From: Octopus vulgaris
Lineage: Eukaryota
Length of the DNA stretch: 64,000 nt
Direction: 5' to 3'
NCBI GenBank assembly: GCA_951406725.2
Contig: OX597825.1
Location: forward strand, 6,882,001 to 6,946,000
Positions 14,270 to 28,706 of the stretch are shown here, piece after piece. Within the stretch, counting starts at the first letter, position 1. Every line of letters starts with the position of its first letter. A program made the position numbers and the translations under genes. Under the pieces are notes generated by a model. That model saw only the letters and a program-made list of their open reading frames with translations, ran no database searches and had not been told where the DNA came from.

Positions 14270-14415
14270 ACAAGGGGTTGCTGAAAAGTTCCTGGCTTTG
14301 GGTAAAAGAAAATAGAGGAGGATCAGTTAATTATGATTTTATTCCACATATTCCCATCTCAATTTACACACTTCAGTGATTTTAAGCCCTGTAAAAGAAT
14401 TCAGAAGGTTGAGCT
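14270..14415 (+). mobile_element. Left part of mariner-like MITE
   Basis: aaggggttgctgaaaagttcctggct is the inverted counterpart of the terminus at 31967-31996; internal sequence aagccctgtaaaagaa.tcagaaggttg is shared with 31820-31996. Confidence 0.7.
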
Positions 14416-15403
14416 TAAAACTAGCAACTATTCAGCACTCACTCATATATTACACCCCTGAAGACAAAGATTCAGGTGAGAGTGACGAGGATTCAGTTAA
14501 AGAATATGTGATTCTTGAACTAAGGTAAAGGGTGTACAATTCTAGTGAATTATTCAACCATGAACTGAGAAAGTACCACAAACTCATGGTTACCCAGCTA
14601 GGCAAGGTTGGCGGATGGAGTGTTTTGGGTAGGTGGTGCGAAGGAAATGCAGTTAAAGTACACACACACACACACACACAGGTGAGAGGAGGTTCAGGAA
14701 ATCCAGGTGACTATCCCAGTCGACACTCCATGCAAAATTCCAGCTCACAGGATGTACAGAGAGGGAAAGAACCCAATAAATCCAGAAAATGCTGATCCAT
14801 CGCAGAATATAGAATAAAACAATCAGAGTAATAAAGACTGTGGCATCACATTTATTAATTAGTCGTGATCATTTCAATAACTGGCAGGAATTGTTACATC
14901 AATCATCATGATGGATTAGGTAAACAGAAATGATGCAAATTCCTGCAAATATTACATGAACCCCCTCCCCCCACCCACATCATCACCTCATCATGACTGT
15001 TAACAAAGTGATATAGTGTCCATAGGGGGGGAAATGAGCATAAATGCTATCGGTGGGGATGGTGCCGGTGGAGCTTTGAATGTCGTACAGAGACAACAAT
15101 TCAGCTGATGTTCCATATGTGGCACAATTTATTGTGAGATTCTGTCTCGTCAAAGAGTCAGAATGTCACAATAAATCCCAGAGATATGATCTCTTTTAAC
15201 TTCTGGGTCAGTAGTGCTGGAAGGTCCAAGGTCGAAATTGATGGTCGAGAATTGTGAGAAGAGAGATTAGGATTTAGATTCTAGTAACAGAAGCGATATT
15301 GATAATATTCTCAAAGAGCCATAAGTTGGTGGAATGGGTAAGTCTGTAATGATAGTTAAAAGAAGTGAAAGGAGAAGAGAATGAGTGAGTGAAAGAGTGA
15401 GAG

Positions 15404-15442
<39 letters not shown>

Positions 15443-15486
15443 TGAGAGAGAATTAAGGTGTGTTTGATTCACAGGTAGCAAGAAAC

Positions 15487-15637
15487 TACTGGCTGTTCAA
15501 AAAGTCTCTCTGCAGAGAATACTTTTTCATCCTGTACATACACAACTTGCCTATCACTGCGTGGGTGGCCGGGTATCAGCCATTGTTACACAGTCATTAA
15601 AATACTTACTGCGGAGAAAATTTTTGAACGCCCTGTA
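15487..15637. mobile_element. Tc1/mariner-type MITE (~150 bp)
   Basis: TA-flanked imperfect TIRs: tactggctgttcaaaaagtctctctgcag vs reverse complement tacagggcgttcaaaaattttctccgcag. Confidence 0.65.
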
Positions 15638-15681
15638 TATTAAGTGTGTTGAAGAAAAGCAAACTGGAAAAAGTCATTTTT

Positions 15682-15945
15682 TACATTATTTACATTTGAT
15701 GGATATTTGTCCTCATCTTGTTTGTTGTTAGCGCAATGTTTCAGCTGATATACCCTCCAGCCTTCATTATGTGTCTTGGGGAAATTTCAAACCTGGGTTC
15801 TCATTCCTAAGGTATTTTTCAATGTTATTATTATTATTAATATTATTATTTAGGTCACTGCCTGGAATCGAATAATAATAATATCGAGAAATACCTTGGA
15901 ATAAGAACCCAAGTTCGAAATTTCCCCCAAGACACCTGATGAAGG
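15682..15945. mobile_element. HHR-bearing element (family H), inverted pair, truncated
   Basis: Minus arm with degenerate hammerhead at 15730-15775, (TTA)n, partial head; plus arm ends inside the hammerhead (gacacctgatgaagg) where a family D fragment begins. Confidence 0.8.
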
Positions 15946-16273
15946 AAAGCACCCTTGCCAGTGCTGCATAAAAGCACCCAGTACACTCTGCAAATTGGTT
16001 GGCATTAGGAAGGGCATCCAGCTATAGAAACCATGCGAAAACAGACTATTGGGGCCTGAACAGCTTTTCAGTTAGTTAGCTTCTGTCAAACCGTCCAACC
16101 CATGCCAGCATGGAAAACGGACATTAAATTATGATGATGATGTTGGTTAAAAGTCATATCTACAAAATGGAACCACTACCATTATAGAAACTGTATCTAA
16201 AAGATTGGCTTGCCCTTTAGGGCTGGAAAATATTTTGTAATATTGATTAGTTGCTGATCAATATTAGAAGACC

Positions 16274-16277
<4 letters not shown>

Positions 16278-16329
<52 letters not shown>

Positions 16330-16495
16330 ACACACACACACACACATACACACACACACACACACACATACACACACATACACACACATACACACACATA
16401 CACACACACATACACACACACATACACACACACATACACACACATACACATACATACACACACACATACACACACATATACACAAATACACACAG

Positions 16496-16528
<33 letters not shown>

Positions 16529-16596
16529 TACACACACATACACACACACACGTACACACACATACACACACATACACACACATACACACACACACA
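16278..16596. repeat. (CA)n/(CATA) microsatellite
   Basis: Directly visible. Confidence 0.97.
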
Positions 16597-17012
16597 TTGA
16601 TGTAAATGCAGTTTCTACACACATAACAACCAGAGGCTTGATTTAAAGATGACGAATCTGTGATCCAGATGAATTGATAAAGACTTACTCTCTAACACAC
16701 GACAATTACTAATATTGCGAAATCTCATTTCTTGTGATTCTAAAGTAATAAGATTATCTGCTCATCTGAAAGAGCCAGCTACCTATCACCTCGTCCCATC
16801 TTTATCCGCTAACCATGCGTTGTCTCTGCTCATCATTTTCTAATGGGTCTCAATCAACAAACCCAAACTGCAGTTGTTTGCAAATTCTTTCTCTCCGCAT
16901 TTTCTTTCAGCCGACAGACAACCAAATTCCAAGCAGTACATCAAACGCATTTAACTCACCAGTTCCGCATATGTTGAGAGAACTGGATGTATATTTAGAA
17001 CAAAATATATCC

Positions 17013-17425
17013 ATTTCTTTACTACCCACAAGGGGCTAAACACAGAGGGGATAAACAAGGACAGACAAACGGATTAAGTCAATTATATCGACCCCAGTGC
17101 GTAACTGGTACTTAATTTATCGACCCCGAAAGGATGAAAGGCAAAGTCGACCTCGGCGGAATTTGAACTCAGAACGTAACGGCAGACGAAATACCTATTT
17201 CTTTACTACCCACAAGGGGCTAAACACAGAGGGGATAAACAAGGACAGACAAATGGATTAAGTCGATTACATCGACCCCAGTGCGTAACTGGTACTTAAT
17301 TTATCGACCCCGAAAGGATGAAAGGCAAAGTCGACCTCGGCGGAATTTGAACTCAGAACGTAACGGCAGACGAAATATGGCTACGCATTTCGCCCGGCGT
17401 GCTAACGTTTCTGCCAGCTCGCCCC
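17013..17425 (-). mobile_element. SINE family C with 184 bp internal tandem duplication
   Basis: 17013-17196 repeated near-identically from 17197; one head only; direct repeat acaaaatatatc on both flanks. Confidence 0.88.
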
Positions 17426-17722
17426 CTTATATACAAAATATATCTTGTAGTTATATTTCTGAAGCTAATTTTCAAACATGTCCATCCTTTCCAGTTTTTT
17501 TTTTTTAAATTCTTATATTTTCCAAGTTAGACTCATTTGTAAATCTTTATTCATTTATAATTGAAAGTGATTTTCTGTCACTCATTTTTGAATGTCAAAT
17601 GCCTCACCATTTTATAGTTTCTCCTCTCTGAACTCTTGATTCTTTCATCATAATTAGACTTTAATCTATTACTGATTTCATATTCTTTAGAATCAATATA
17701 TTTACAAATCAATAGATGTGTC

Positions 17723-17890
17723 CATTATTTACATCATTTACATTATTTACATTTGAAGGATATTTGTTCTCATCTTGTTTGTTGTTAACACAATGTTTCA
17801 GCTAATACACCCTCCAGCCTTCATTAGGTGTCTTGGGGAAATTTCAAACCTGGGTTCTCATTCCTAAGGTATTTTTTGATGTTGTTGTTG

Positions 17891-17922
<32 letters not shown>

Positions 17923-18174
17923 TTTATTATTCAGGTCCCCGCCTGGAATCAAACTCAGAATCTTGGGGTTAGTAGCCTGCACTCTTAACTACTACACTAT
18001 ATACCTTAGGAATGAGAACCTAGGTTTGAAATTTCCCCAAGACACCTGATGAAGGCTGAAGGGTATATCAGCCGAAACATTGTGTTAACAACAAACAAGA
18101 TGAGGACAAATATCCGTCAAATGTTGATAATGTAAATAATGTACATAATTCCACATCTCTTAAATATAGAACTG
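17723..18174. mobile_element. Family H element: inverted pair with two hammerhead motifs and 12 bp TSD
   Basis: TSD aatagatgtgtc at 17711-17722 and 18175-18186; minus arm tail-HHR-(TTA)n-tRNA head, plus arm linker-HHR-tail. Confidence 0.85.
18041..18086 (+). ncRNA. Minimal type I hammerhead ribozyme motif
   Basis: gacac CTGATGA a ggctg aagggtatat cagcc GAAA ca TT gtgtt: stem I gacac/gtgtt, stem II ggctg/cagcc, intact core. Confidence 0.75.
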
Positions 18175-18897
18175 AATAGATGTGTCTGTCTTGCACACAT
18201 AACCAGGTCTATTGAGCAGATCATGTGCTAGTATATATTTTTCACAGTTGAATGTGGTTGCTCAAAAAGTGTGTATCTTTTATAGTCATTAAAATAAAGA
18301 GGTTGGTAAACAGATCAGGTAGCAACATACGTGTTGTAAAAAAGCCATTCCTGATTCAAAAGATATAGGTTCTAAAACAGCTTCAAAAAACGGTATTCGT
18401 CTTCTATAAGAAAAATTTAATTTTGATATTTATGGTAAAAGAATGAAATAATGTTTTTGTTTTTCTTTGATATATTTTGCAGTTTTATTTATCTTCAATA
18501 AAATTCAAATTGAAATAACAAAAAATGTGTATATTTGGGATTTAATTTCATGAAAAAAACTTTGAGAAAATGGTTCAGTTTTGGCAATGAATTCCACTTT
18601 AGATGCAGACAGGGCCAGTTCTAGGATTACTAGCACCTTTGGCATCGTTATACAAATTAAGTCTTAAATTTTAGAAGCCAAAAAAAAAAAAAAAAGCAAC
18701 CTGCAAATGCAGAAATTATCATGTTTTGAAATCAGGAGTTCTACAGGCTTTGGCATTTGCAGGAAACAAGCAAAAAAAAAAAAAAAAAAAAATGAAACAA
18801 GAGTGAGCCCCAGGGTTAAAGCTACCAGATCCTGTTTCATTGAGAGCTTGTGTTACAACTTGGTGTCCCTTGAGCTTTCTGATCAAATCAATAATTG

Positions 18898-18952
<55 letters not shown>

Positions 18953-19004
18953 TGATGATGATGATGATGACGATGATGATGATGACAATAATAATAATAA
19001 TAAT

Positions 19005-19225
19005 CCTATCTACTATAGGCACAAGGGCTGAAAATTTGAGATAGGGGGTTAAGTCGATTACATCGACCCTAGTATTCAACTGGTACTTATTTCATCGACC
19101 ACAAAAGGATGAAAGGCAAAGTCAACCTTGGCGGAATTTGAACTCAGAACATCTTTAAGACAGACAAACGAAATGTCACTAAGCATTTTTACCTGGTGTG
19201 CTAACGATTCTACCAGCTCACCATC
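19005..19225 (-). mobile_element. SINE family C, alternative tail
   Basis: Nin-like core and head shared with 11612-11840; tail cagcccttgtgcctatagtag differs. Confidence 0.8.
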
Positions 19226-19227
19226 TT

Positions 19228-20184
<957 letters not shown>

Positions 20185-20616
20185 AGCTAAAAGTGCATCT
20201 ACTTAGATATCAATCCATTTAATTCCTGCTCACATTAGTCTCTGCCATGTTTATGCATACTTCGAACGATTATTGATCTGTTTGTCTTGGATCTTCTCTG
20301 TCTTATTTGATCTATCCTCTGCCCTTCTATTTGACGGCCTCTCTATCTGTCATCCTATAGTTTTAATTCCACGACCATATAATTGCCAAAATCTCTTAAC
20401 ATCAGAAGTTTGTGTTTTTTTCTTTTTTTTTTTGTTTTGTTTTGTTTTACCTCAGTAGGTGTGCATTGATGTTGTGACATGTGCATGTAGATGCTAGTTG
20501 CACGTAAGTGATTGATGCATGATGCAGGGAGGGTTAGGGTTGGGGTTAAGGGGGGATCGCCTATTGACATAAATGTCATGATGATAAAAGAGAAATGTGA
20601 CTAACAATAGGAGCAG

Positions 20617-20670
20617 AGATAGATAGGTAGGTAGAAAGATAGATCGTGTAGATAGATAGATAAATAGACT

Positions 20671-20767
<97 letters not shown>

Positions 20768-20787
20768 GTAGATAGGGAGCTAGAAAA

Positions 20788-20848
<61 letters not shown>

Positions 20849-20905
20849 CAGATAGACAGACAGATAGATAGATAGGCAGACAGACAGACAGATAGATAGA
20901 TAGAC

Positions 20906-20936
<31 letters not shown>

Positions 20937-20977
20937 CAGACAGATGGAGAGATAGATAGATAGACAGATAGATGGAG

Positions 20978-21018
<41 letters not shown>

Positions 21019-21030
21019 TTTAGATAGATA
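20617..21030. repeat. (GATA)n/(GACA)n microsatellite
   Basis: Directly visible. Confidence 0.97.
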
Positions 21031-21653
21031 GTGGGAGAGAGAGAAAGAGAGAGAGAGAAAGGGTGAGAGAGAAAGAGAGAGAGAGATGATGGATAAAAGT
21101 ATAATGAGTGAGACAGAGAAAAAGAGAGAATGAGGAAACAAATATTGTGAGACCGTGTGAGTGTGTCCATATATTTGATCTGCATACCCTATATACCCAG
21201 TAATAGCCAGTATTTATTGCAAACCACTATGCAGTTATAAGGATATTTCTCTGTGTGCAACAAACTCTCTGAAGAAAGAATTAGGATGGCTGTCTATTGC
21301 CATTGAAGTAGGAATTCATGTTCTGCGTTCCAAAGCCAGAAGATAAACTGTATTCTTGGTTTTTTGCTATGTGGTGCTACAAAAATGAAATGACCGGGTT
21401 TTCCAGTTGTTGAAGTACCAACATAAAACACCATGGGAAAAGCCAGCATCTGATGGGAGGTGCAGGCCAAATATACTTTCAAGAATTGCCTTTAATGGAA
21501 TGGAGTTTGTCCAGAAATTGAAATCTTTGAAAGTGAAATGGCAAACCGCTTAGCTTCATTCATATTCTGGGAATAAATCAACTACCACTGGCAAATTCTT
21601 TTAATACATCCATCCATCCATCCATACATACATACATACATACATATGTATAT

Positions 21654-21880
21654 AGGTGTATGAGTGGTTGTGTGGTAAGTAGCTTGCTTACGAACCACAT
21701 GGTTCTGGATTCAATCATGCTGTGTGGCACCTTTGGGCAAGTGTCTTCTACTATAGCCTCGGGCCAATCAAAACCTTGCAAGTGGATTTGGTAGATGGAA
21801 GCTGAAAGAAGCCCATCATATATATACATGTGTGTGTGTGTGTGTCTGTTTGTGCCCCACCAACATCGCTTGACAATCGA
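21654..21880 (+). mobile_element. SINE family B, 3'-truncated
   Basis: Matches the 5' half of 29734-30158. Confidence 0.8.
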
Positions 21881-22509
21881 CGTGGCAGGAAGATTGCTTT
21901 CCATCCATGCAGTCTCCAGGTTCAGTTCCACCGCTTGGCACTTTGGGCAAATGTTTTCTTTTGCCTTGCTTGGAAACAGGTGAGTTTGGCAACAGAAATT
22001 GCATCTGGTTCTAGAAAATCTGCCTCAATAAACTCTGTCAGACCCATACAAGCAAGCAAGAGGAGACGTTAAATAACAACGATGATGATGATGATGACAT
22101 GTGTGTGTATGTGTGTGTGTGGGTGTGGATACCCAACTAAAAATGCATTCGAATCAGAATGGTAGGAATAGGAAACACTAACAATGCTGCTGGCGGAGAA
22201 CACACGGATGATGCTACTTTGGTGAACTCTCGGCTCGGCACTGTGTTACTGTGTACATGTAAAATCAATGAGTCTATACACACACACATACATACATACA
22301 TACATACATACACACACATACATGCATACATACATGCATACATACACACATACACACATACATACGAACATACATATAAACATACATACATACATACATA
22401 CACACATGCATACACATATACATACATACATACATACATACATACACACACACATATATACATACATACATACATACACACATACATAAATATATGAATA
22501 TAATGTATG

Positions 22510-22541
<32 letters not shown>

Positions 22542-22967
22542 TGCATATATACATGCATATATATATATAAATGTATGTATATACGTGTGTGTGTGTGTGT
22601 GTGCACTTGTGTATGTTGTTGTAAGCATATTTATACATCCAGTTGTATATGTAAAGATATGAAAAAAAAAAAAAAGAACAATCTCGTGTGTCTCTGTGTC
22701 TGAAGAGTTTTGTGTCTGGCAGCAGAGAGTTGCAGAAAGATATAACATCAATATCAACACTACTTACTCTAATCCTCATCTTTTGTGTCCAAAACAAGAG
22801 AAAAGAACTTAAATGAAACATCGGAACTGAATTTAACAGTAAATATGATTAATAGATGTGTACAAGTTGTAGGGATGTATTTAGCATTTGCCGTAAGAAA
22901 GAAACATCTAGACTTTCTCTTAGTTATAAGATGTGTCTAGTTGTGTGAATGCGTGAGTGTTTGTGTG

Positions 22968-24288
22968 CACACATATATACATACTGACACGCACCCATGA
23001 TACACATATGTATACATACACACGTGTGTGTACACATATACACATACTGACACACACTCATTATACACATATGTATAAATACACACATGTGTGTACACAT
23101 ATATACATACTGACACACACTCATTATACACATATGTATACATACACACGTGTGTGTACACATATACACATACTGACACACACTCATTATACACATATGT
23201 ATAAATACACACATGTGTGTACACATATATACATACTGACACACACTCATTATACACATATGTATACATACACACGTGTGTGTACACATATATACATACT
23301 GACACACACTCATTATACACATATGTATAAATACACACGTGTGTGTACACATATATACATACTGACACACACTCATTATACACATATGTATAAATACACA
23401 CATGTGTGTACACATATATACATACTGACACACACTCATTATACACATATGTATACATACACACGTGTGTGTACACATATATACATACTGACACGCACTC
23501 ATTATACACATGTATAAATACACACATGTGTTTACACATATACATACTGACACACACTCAATTATACACATGTATAAATACACACATGTGTGTACACATA
23601 TATACATACTGACACGCACTCATTATACACATATGTATACATACACACATGTGTGTACACATAGATACATACTGACACACACTCATTATACACATATGTA
23701 TACATATGCACATGCGTGTACACATATATACATACTGACACGCACCCATGATACACATATGTATACATACACACGTGTGTGTACACATATATACATACTG
23801 ACACGCACTCATTATACACATGTATAAATACACACATGTGTGTACACATATATACATACTGACACGCACCCATGATACACATATGTATAAATACACACAT
23901 GCGTGTATACATATACATACTGACATGCACTCATTATACACATGTATACATACACACATGTGTGTACACATATATACATACTGACATGCACTAAATTATA
24001 CACATGTATAAATACACACATGTACGTACACATAGATACATACTGACACACACTCATTATACACATATGTATACATACACACGTGTGTGTACACATATAT
24101 ACATACTGACACGCACTCATTATACACATATGTATAAATACACATATGTGTGTACACATATATACATACTGACACGCACTCATTATACACATGTATAAAT
24201 ACACACATGTACGTACACATAGATACATACTGACACACACTCATTATACACATATGTATACATACACACGTGTGTGTACACATATATA
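22968..24288. repeat. 63 bp minisatellite, about 21 units
   Basis: catactgac recurs at 23043, 23106, 23169 (period 63, some units 61); unit catactgacacacactcattatacacatatgtata(a/c)atacacac(a/g)tgtgtgtacacatatata. Confidence 0.92.
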
Positions 24289-25199
24289 CTCTTACGTAAC
24301 TACAAACTGATATATGTACAGGTATGTGTAAATATGTGGATGTTTACTTGTGTGCACATAGGTATGTGCATAGACACACGCACACTATATATATAGATAT
24401 ATATGTATGTAGACATGCACACATGCACATGTATTTATACGCATGCACATGCACGTGCATGTACAATTGAGCACACACGCACGTGCATGTACAATCGTGC
24501 ACACACCTACATATTCACCCACCTGATTAGGTATTAATATTTGTTTCTGTGCCTGAAGGTTTGCTTATTGTGTGATTTATTTCCATAAAACCAGATTACA
24601 AGAATCATTGTTACAAGTAACAATATAAAAAGGGTGAAAATATTGTGTTTGAATTCGGAAAGGAAGAGAAAACCAGAGAGAAAGACAGAGAGAGAGAGAG
24701 AATTAGAGAAGAGAAGAAAAGGAGAAAATGTATGCTGGAAGAATATTCTAGCAGGATTGTGAAGAAAGATGAAGAGATAATGGCAAAAGCCAGGTTAATC
24801 AGGTGATGAGCAGGAACTGCAAGAACTTGGTAACCTATGATACTTCATCAGAAATCTACTGAATGCACCAAACTGTTTTATTCTTTGATATTCTATATAC
24901 AAAATAAGTGTATAATAATCTATGTAAATATTCTATCATTAAATTATGTACGGAACATCCCGTCCCCACAGAGGAATCCTTCCTTTCCATTGTCATTCAA
25001 CAATCACATGTCAAACTATTATTTATACATTCTTTGTTCAGTTATTCTACGAAGAGAGTTTGGTTAGATGAAGGCCTTTGTTTCCTCTTATTAAAGACAG
25101 TCGAGCCGTTGAAGGAATCTCTATGGGATAATTTGACCTGCTAGAACTAGCAGTCAAATCACCCTCATATTATACTGTGTCTTCTTAAAAGAAATGAAG

Positions 25200-25397
25200 G
25201 TGTTGTTGTGTGGTAAGAATAGGTACCAGCATGGCTGTGAGGTAAGAAGCTTACTTTCCAATCACATGGTTCCGGGTTCAGTCCCATGGCATAGCAACTT
25301 AGGCAAGAGTCTTCTACTATAGCCCCGGGCTGACCAAAGCCTTGTAAGTGGATGTAGATTTGGTAGAAGGAAACTGAAAGAAGCCTGTTGTTGTTGT

Positions 25398-25433
<36 letters not shown>

Positions 25434-25745
25434 ATATTTGTGTGTGCAGACGTGGTTGTGTGGTAAGAAGCTTGCTTTCCAATCACATGGTTCTAGGTTC
25501 AGTCCTACTGTGTGCCACCTTGGGCAAGTATCTTCTACTATAGCCTTGTGCTGACAAAAGCATTATGAGTGAATGTGGATGTGGCAGAAGGAAACTGAAA
25601 GAAGCCTGCTGTGTGTGTGTATGTGCAGGCATGGCTGTGTGGTAAGAAGTTTGCTTTCCAACCTCATGGTTCCGGATTCAGTCCCACTGCATGGCACCTT
25701 GGGCAAATGTCTTCTACTATAGCCTCGGGCTGACCAAAACCTTCT
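25200..25745 (+). mobile_element. Three tandem 5' halves of SINE family B
   Basis: ggctgtg.ggtaagaagctt...agccttg at ~25226, ~25445 and ~25623, separated by (TG)n/(TA)n tracts. Confidence 0.8.
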
Positions 25746-25777
25746 GTAGGTTCTCATTATTGCTATCTATAACAAAA

Positions 25778-26090
25778 TGGTGAAGGTGCAATGGCCCAGT
25801 GGTTAGGGCAGCAGACTCGCGGTCGTAGGATAGCAGTTTCGATTCCCAGACCTGGCGTTGTGAGTGTTTATTGAGCGAAAAAACCTAAAGCTCCATGAGG
25901 CTCCAGCAGGGGGTGGTGGCGATCCCTGCTGTACTCTTTTGCCACAACTTTCTCTCACTCTTTCTTCTGTTGGCCTGCTCGCTTAGCCAGCGGGGTGGCA
26001 TCATTTGAAGGCTAAAACAATGTGAAGCGCATTGTGACCAGCGATGTGTAACAACATCTGATATCCTGGTCGGTCACATGATCACATGAT
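25778..26090 (+). mobile_element. tRNA-derived SINE family E
   Basis: A box tggcccagtgg, B box gtttcgattcc; homologous to 7446-7745. Confidence 0.88.
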
Positions 26091-27084
26091 AACAAAATGA
26101 ACTGAGGTTGGTTTACAGGGAAGCAACACCATTAAAAGAATGTAATCTAGAAATCTTTTGGCTGGGAAGGCAATACCCTTCAATTGTATAAATTTGATAA
26201 AAAGGACAAAGAAAAGTATAGTAAATATTATACAAGATAAAGTTTTGATGTATTGGAATTAGTCGTGTTCTGAGCAACAATAAACAAATGCCTGGTGGTT
26301 GTTGTGACTGAGCCTAAATGAAAAAGGGAAATAATAATCCCAAGAATCAAGAATTCTCTGAAACTGATTTGTTATTCGAAGACAGACATTATTATCACCA
26401 GACAATAGTTGTTTCTAGTTGTTTCAATAAATTAAGAATTTATATTGTATGGTATTTGTGTTGATGGGAGGAAATATAGGTTTTTGGTAACGTGATGCTG
26501 GTAAAATGAGTGTGTTAAATGGCAGGTAGAATTTTATCTTTAATCAAGAGAAAACTCATATTTCAAATATAAACCGCACAGAGTACAATTAACTTATTTT
26601 CTGAACTGGAAGCAAACGAATGAATTGAGGATAAAGTGCAATCGAAGTCTTCATATGTTTCAGGCAAAACGAAAAGATATGAAAATGTAAATATATCAGA
26701 TGCGAAACGTCAATAGAATCACCAGATAAAATAGAAGATGCAGTTGGGGTGGAAGCATTTATCAGAAACCTTAACAGAAAATGAAATAAAACAACAATAA
26801 CGAAGTCATGGAAAATACGAAAACTGTTTGAAGTGTATGAGACATAAAGGCGGATCTGTTGCTAAGTATCGGTGATAGAGGCTCTGCGTTAAGATGGAAT
26901 GGATGTGAGGGGAGGTGGGCAGTGGGTACGGCTGCTGTTAATTAGTTAGATATAGCTATATATTTGATAGCTATCTTCACTTTGATGGAAAAATATTATT
27001 TCAATCAAGTATTTGTTTGAGTTCAACACTAATAAAAGATTAAAGTTGTTGGCAGCAGATAAAATCCATTCATTGCAGAATTAC

Positions 27085-27133
<49 letters not shown>

Positions 27134-27179
27134 ATATTAATAATAATAATAATAATAATAATAGTAATAGTAATTGTGA

Positions 27180-27237
<58 letters not shown>

Positions 27238-27354
27238 TGTAGTAGTAGTAACAACAACAATAATAATCTCATCAGTAACAATAAAGCAGTAATAAAACTA
27301 GCCCCAAATTATTATCATCCTTATTATTACAATAATAAAAACGATAATAATTCA

Positions 27355-27399
<45 letters not shown>

Positions 27400-27959
27400 G
27401 CAGTAGTGTGTGCAGTTGCAGTAGGTGTTGTTGTTGTTGTTTCTATCATTATTACAACAATGACAAGTGAACCTAATTTAATCAAAAACAAAAAAATTCT
27501 AGTTTCCAAAGAGACAACACAAAGCAATTGTTTTATCCAAGACATTCCTATCTGGTTTGTTTTCCAATTCTAATGGACTGTGGACTGTAATCACCAAGAA
27601 CAACAGAAATATAACTAGTTTAACGGCAATTTGATTGACCCAGTCTTTAGGATAATTCAAAGTACATAACTAACATTAAAATCATATTTTTTCTGCAGGA
27701 AGCCTTGAAAGAGTTTGCCATTAACTTTGAATTAAGATGAGATGGCCAAGGAGTAAAGATATTTGATGACCTGCCCAGAAGTTAGGAGTTCAATATGCTT
27801 AAAGGATGCTGTGCTTTTTCAGGCCTAAATTGGCTAAATATCAGAACTGCTTCCAGTCGTTTGGCAATACCAGTGTCCTGGCCAGTGGGATATTCATTTA
27901 TAATCTGCTTAATCCACACAAATCCAGGATTTAAAAGAAGACTATATATATATTTTAAA

Positions 27960-28310
27960 TTTACAGAAAAACTTAAGACGAAGACATGTGTATGAACATC
28001 AAACAGGTGTATTAGTTTAACGCTTGGGAAGGTGAGAAAGTCATTGACATTTTGAGCCTATGCTCTTCAACAGGAAGGAACATGAGGGAATAAACAAAGA
28101 GAGAATAAAGAAAAGCTTGTGAATTTAACGATCAATCATGCTGACTTTTTGGGGAAAAATAGTATGACAGGAGAGCTAGGAAGAAGGGGAGATAATAAAG
28201 TACTGGTGATCCCAGAACGAAGGTGTGCATGCATGTGTGTATGTGAGAGTGTGTAAGCATGTGTGTGTGGATAGGGACTAGTGACTTTGATGTATGGATA
28301 TGTGTGTGTA
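27960..28310 (-). mobile_element. Probable Penelope-type pLTR fragment with decayed hammerhead (28041-28077)
   Basis: Minus strand cttc CTGTTGA a gagc atag gctc AAAA tg TC; CpG decay from cGAAACGtc would explain two of the differences. Confidence 0.4.
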
Positions 28311-28664
28311 AGTGTCAGTTTTAAAACCTTGATGTCCAGGTCACAAAAGCAAAGTTTGAAGGGAATAGTAGTCATTTCCTTTGATTTCTAGATAGAAGAA
28401 ATAAATAGGAAATAACACTTACTGACCAAAGACAAAAAAAAAATTGTTACACATCATCGTTTAACGTCTGCTTTCCATGCTGGCATGGGTTGGACAAACA
28501 CATTGTTGTAAATTGTTAAATTACAAGCACATTAATTTGAATTATTCACTACTATGAATAATAAAAGCAAATAAAGTCAAAAGTCAGAAGAGACAACTAT
28601 AAAAAACAATAAAACTGGTTGATGCACCAGAATACCAACTAATTGCAATGGGAAATGGATGTAC

Positions 28665-28706
<42 letters not shown>

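Noticed and set aside
14452-14537. Hammerhead-like tacaccc CTGAAGA ... GAAC taag GTA aa gggtgta
   Set aside because: Stem I and the 5' core fit, but GAAA is incomplete and stem II is unconvincing
22924-23619. 231 aa Cys-rich repeat ORF resembling a metal-binding or zinc-finger protein
   Set aside because: Product of the 63 bp (21-codon) minisatellite; overlapping frames are equally open and no C2H2 linker is present
22968-24288. CRISPR array
   Set aside because: No unique spacers, no cas genes, eukaryotic context; the same applies to 55884-56275
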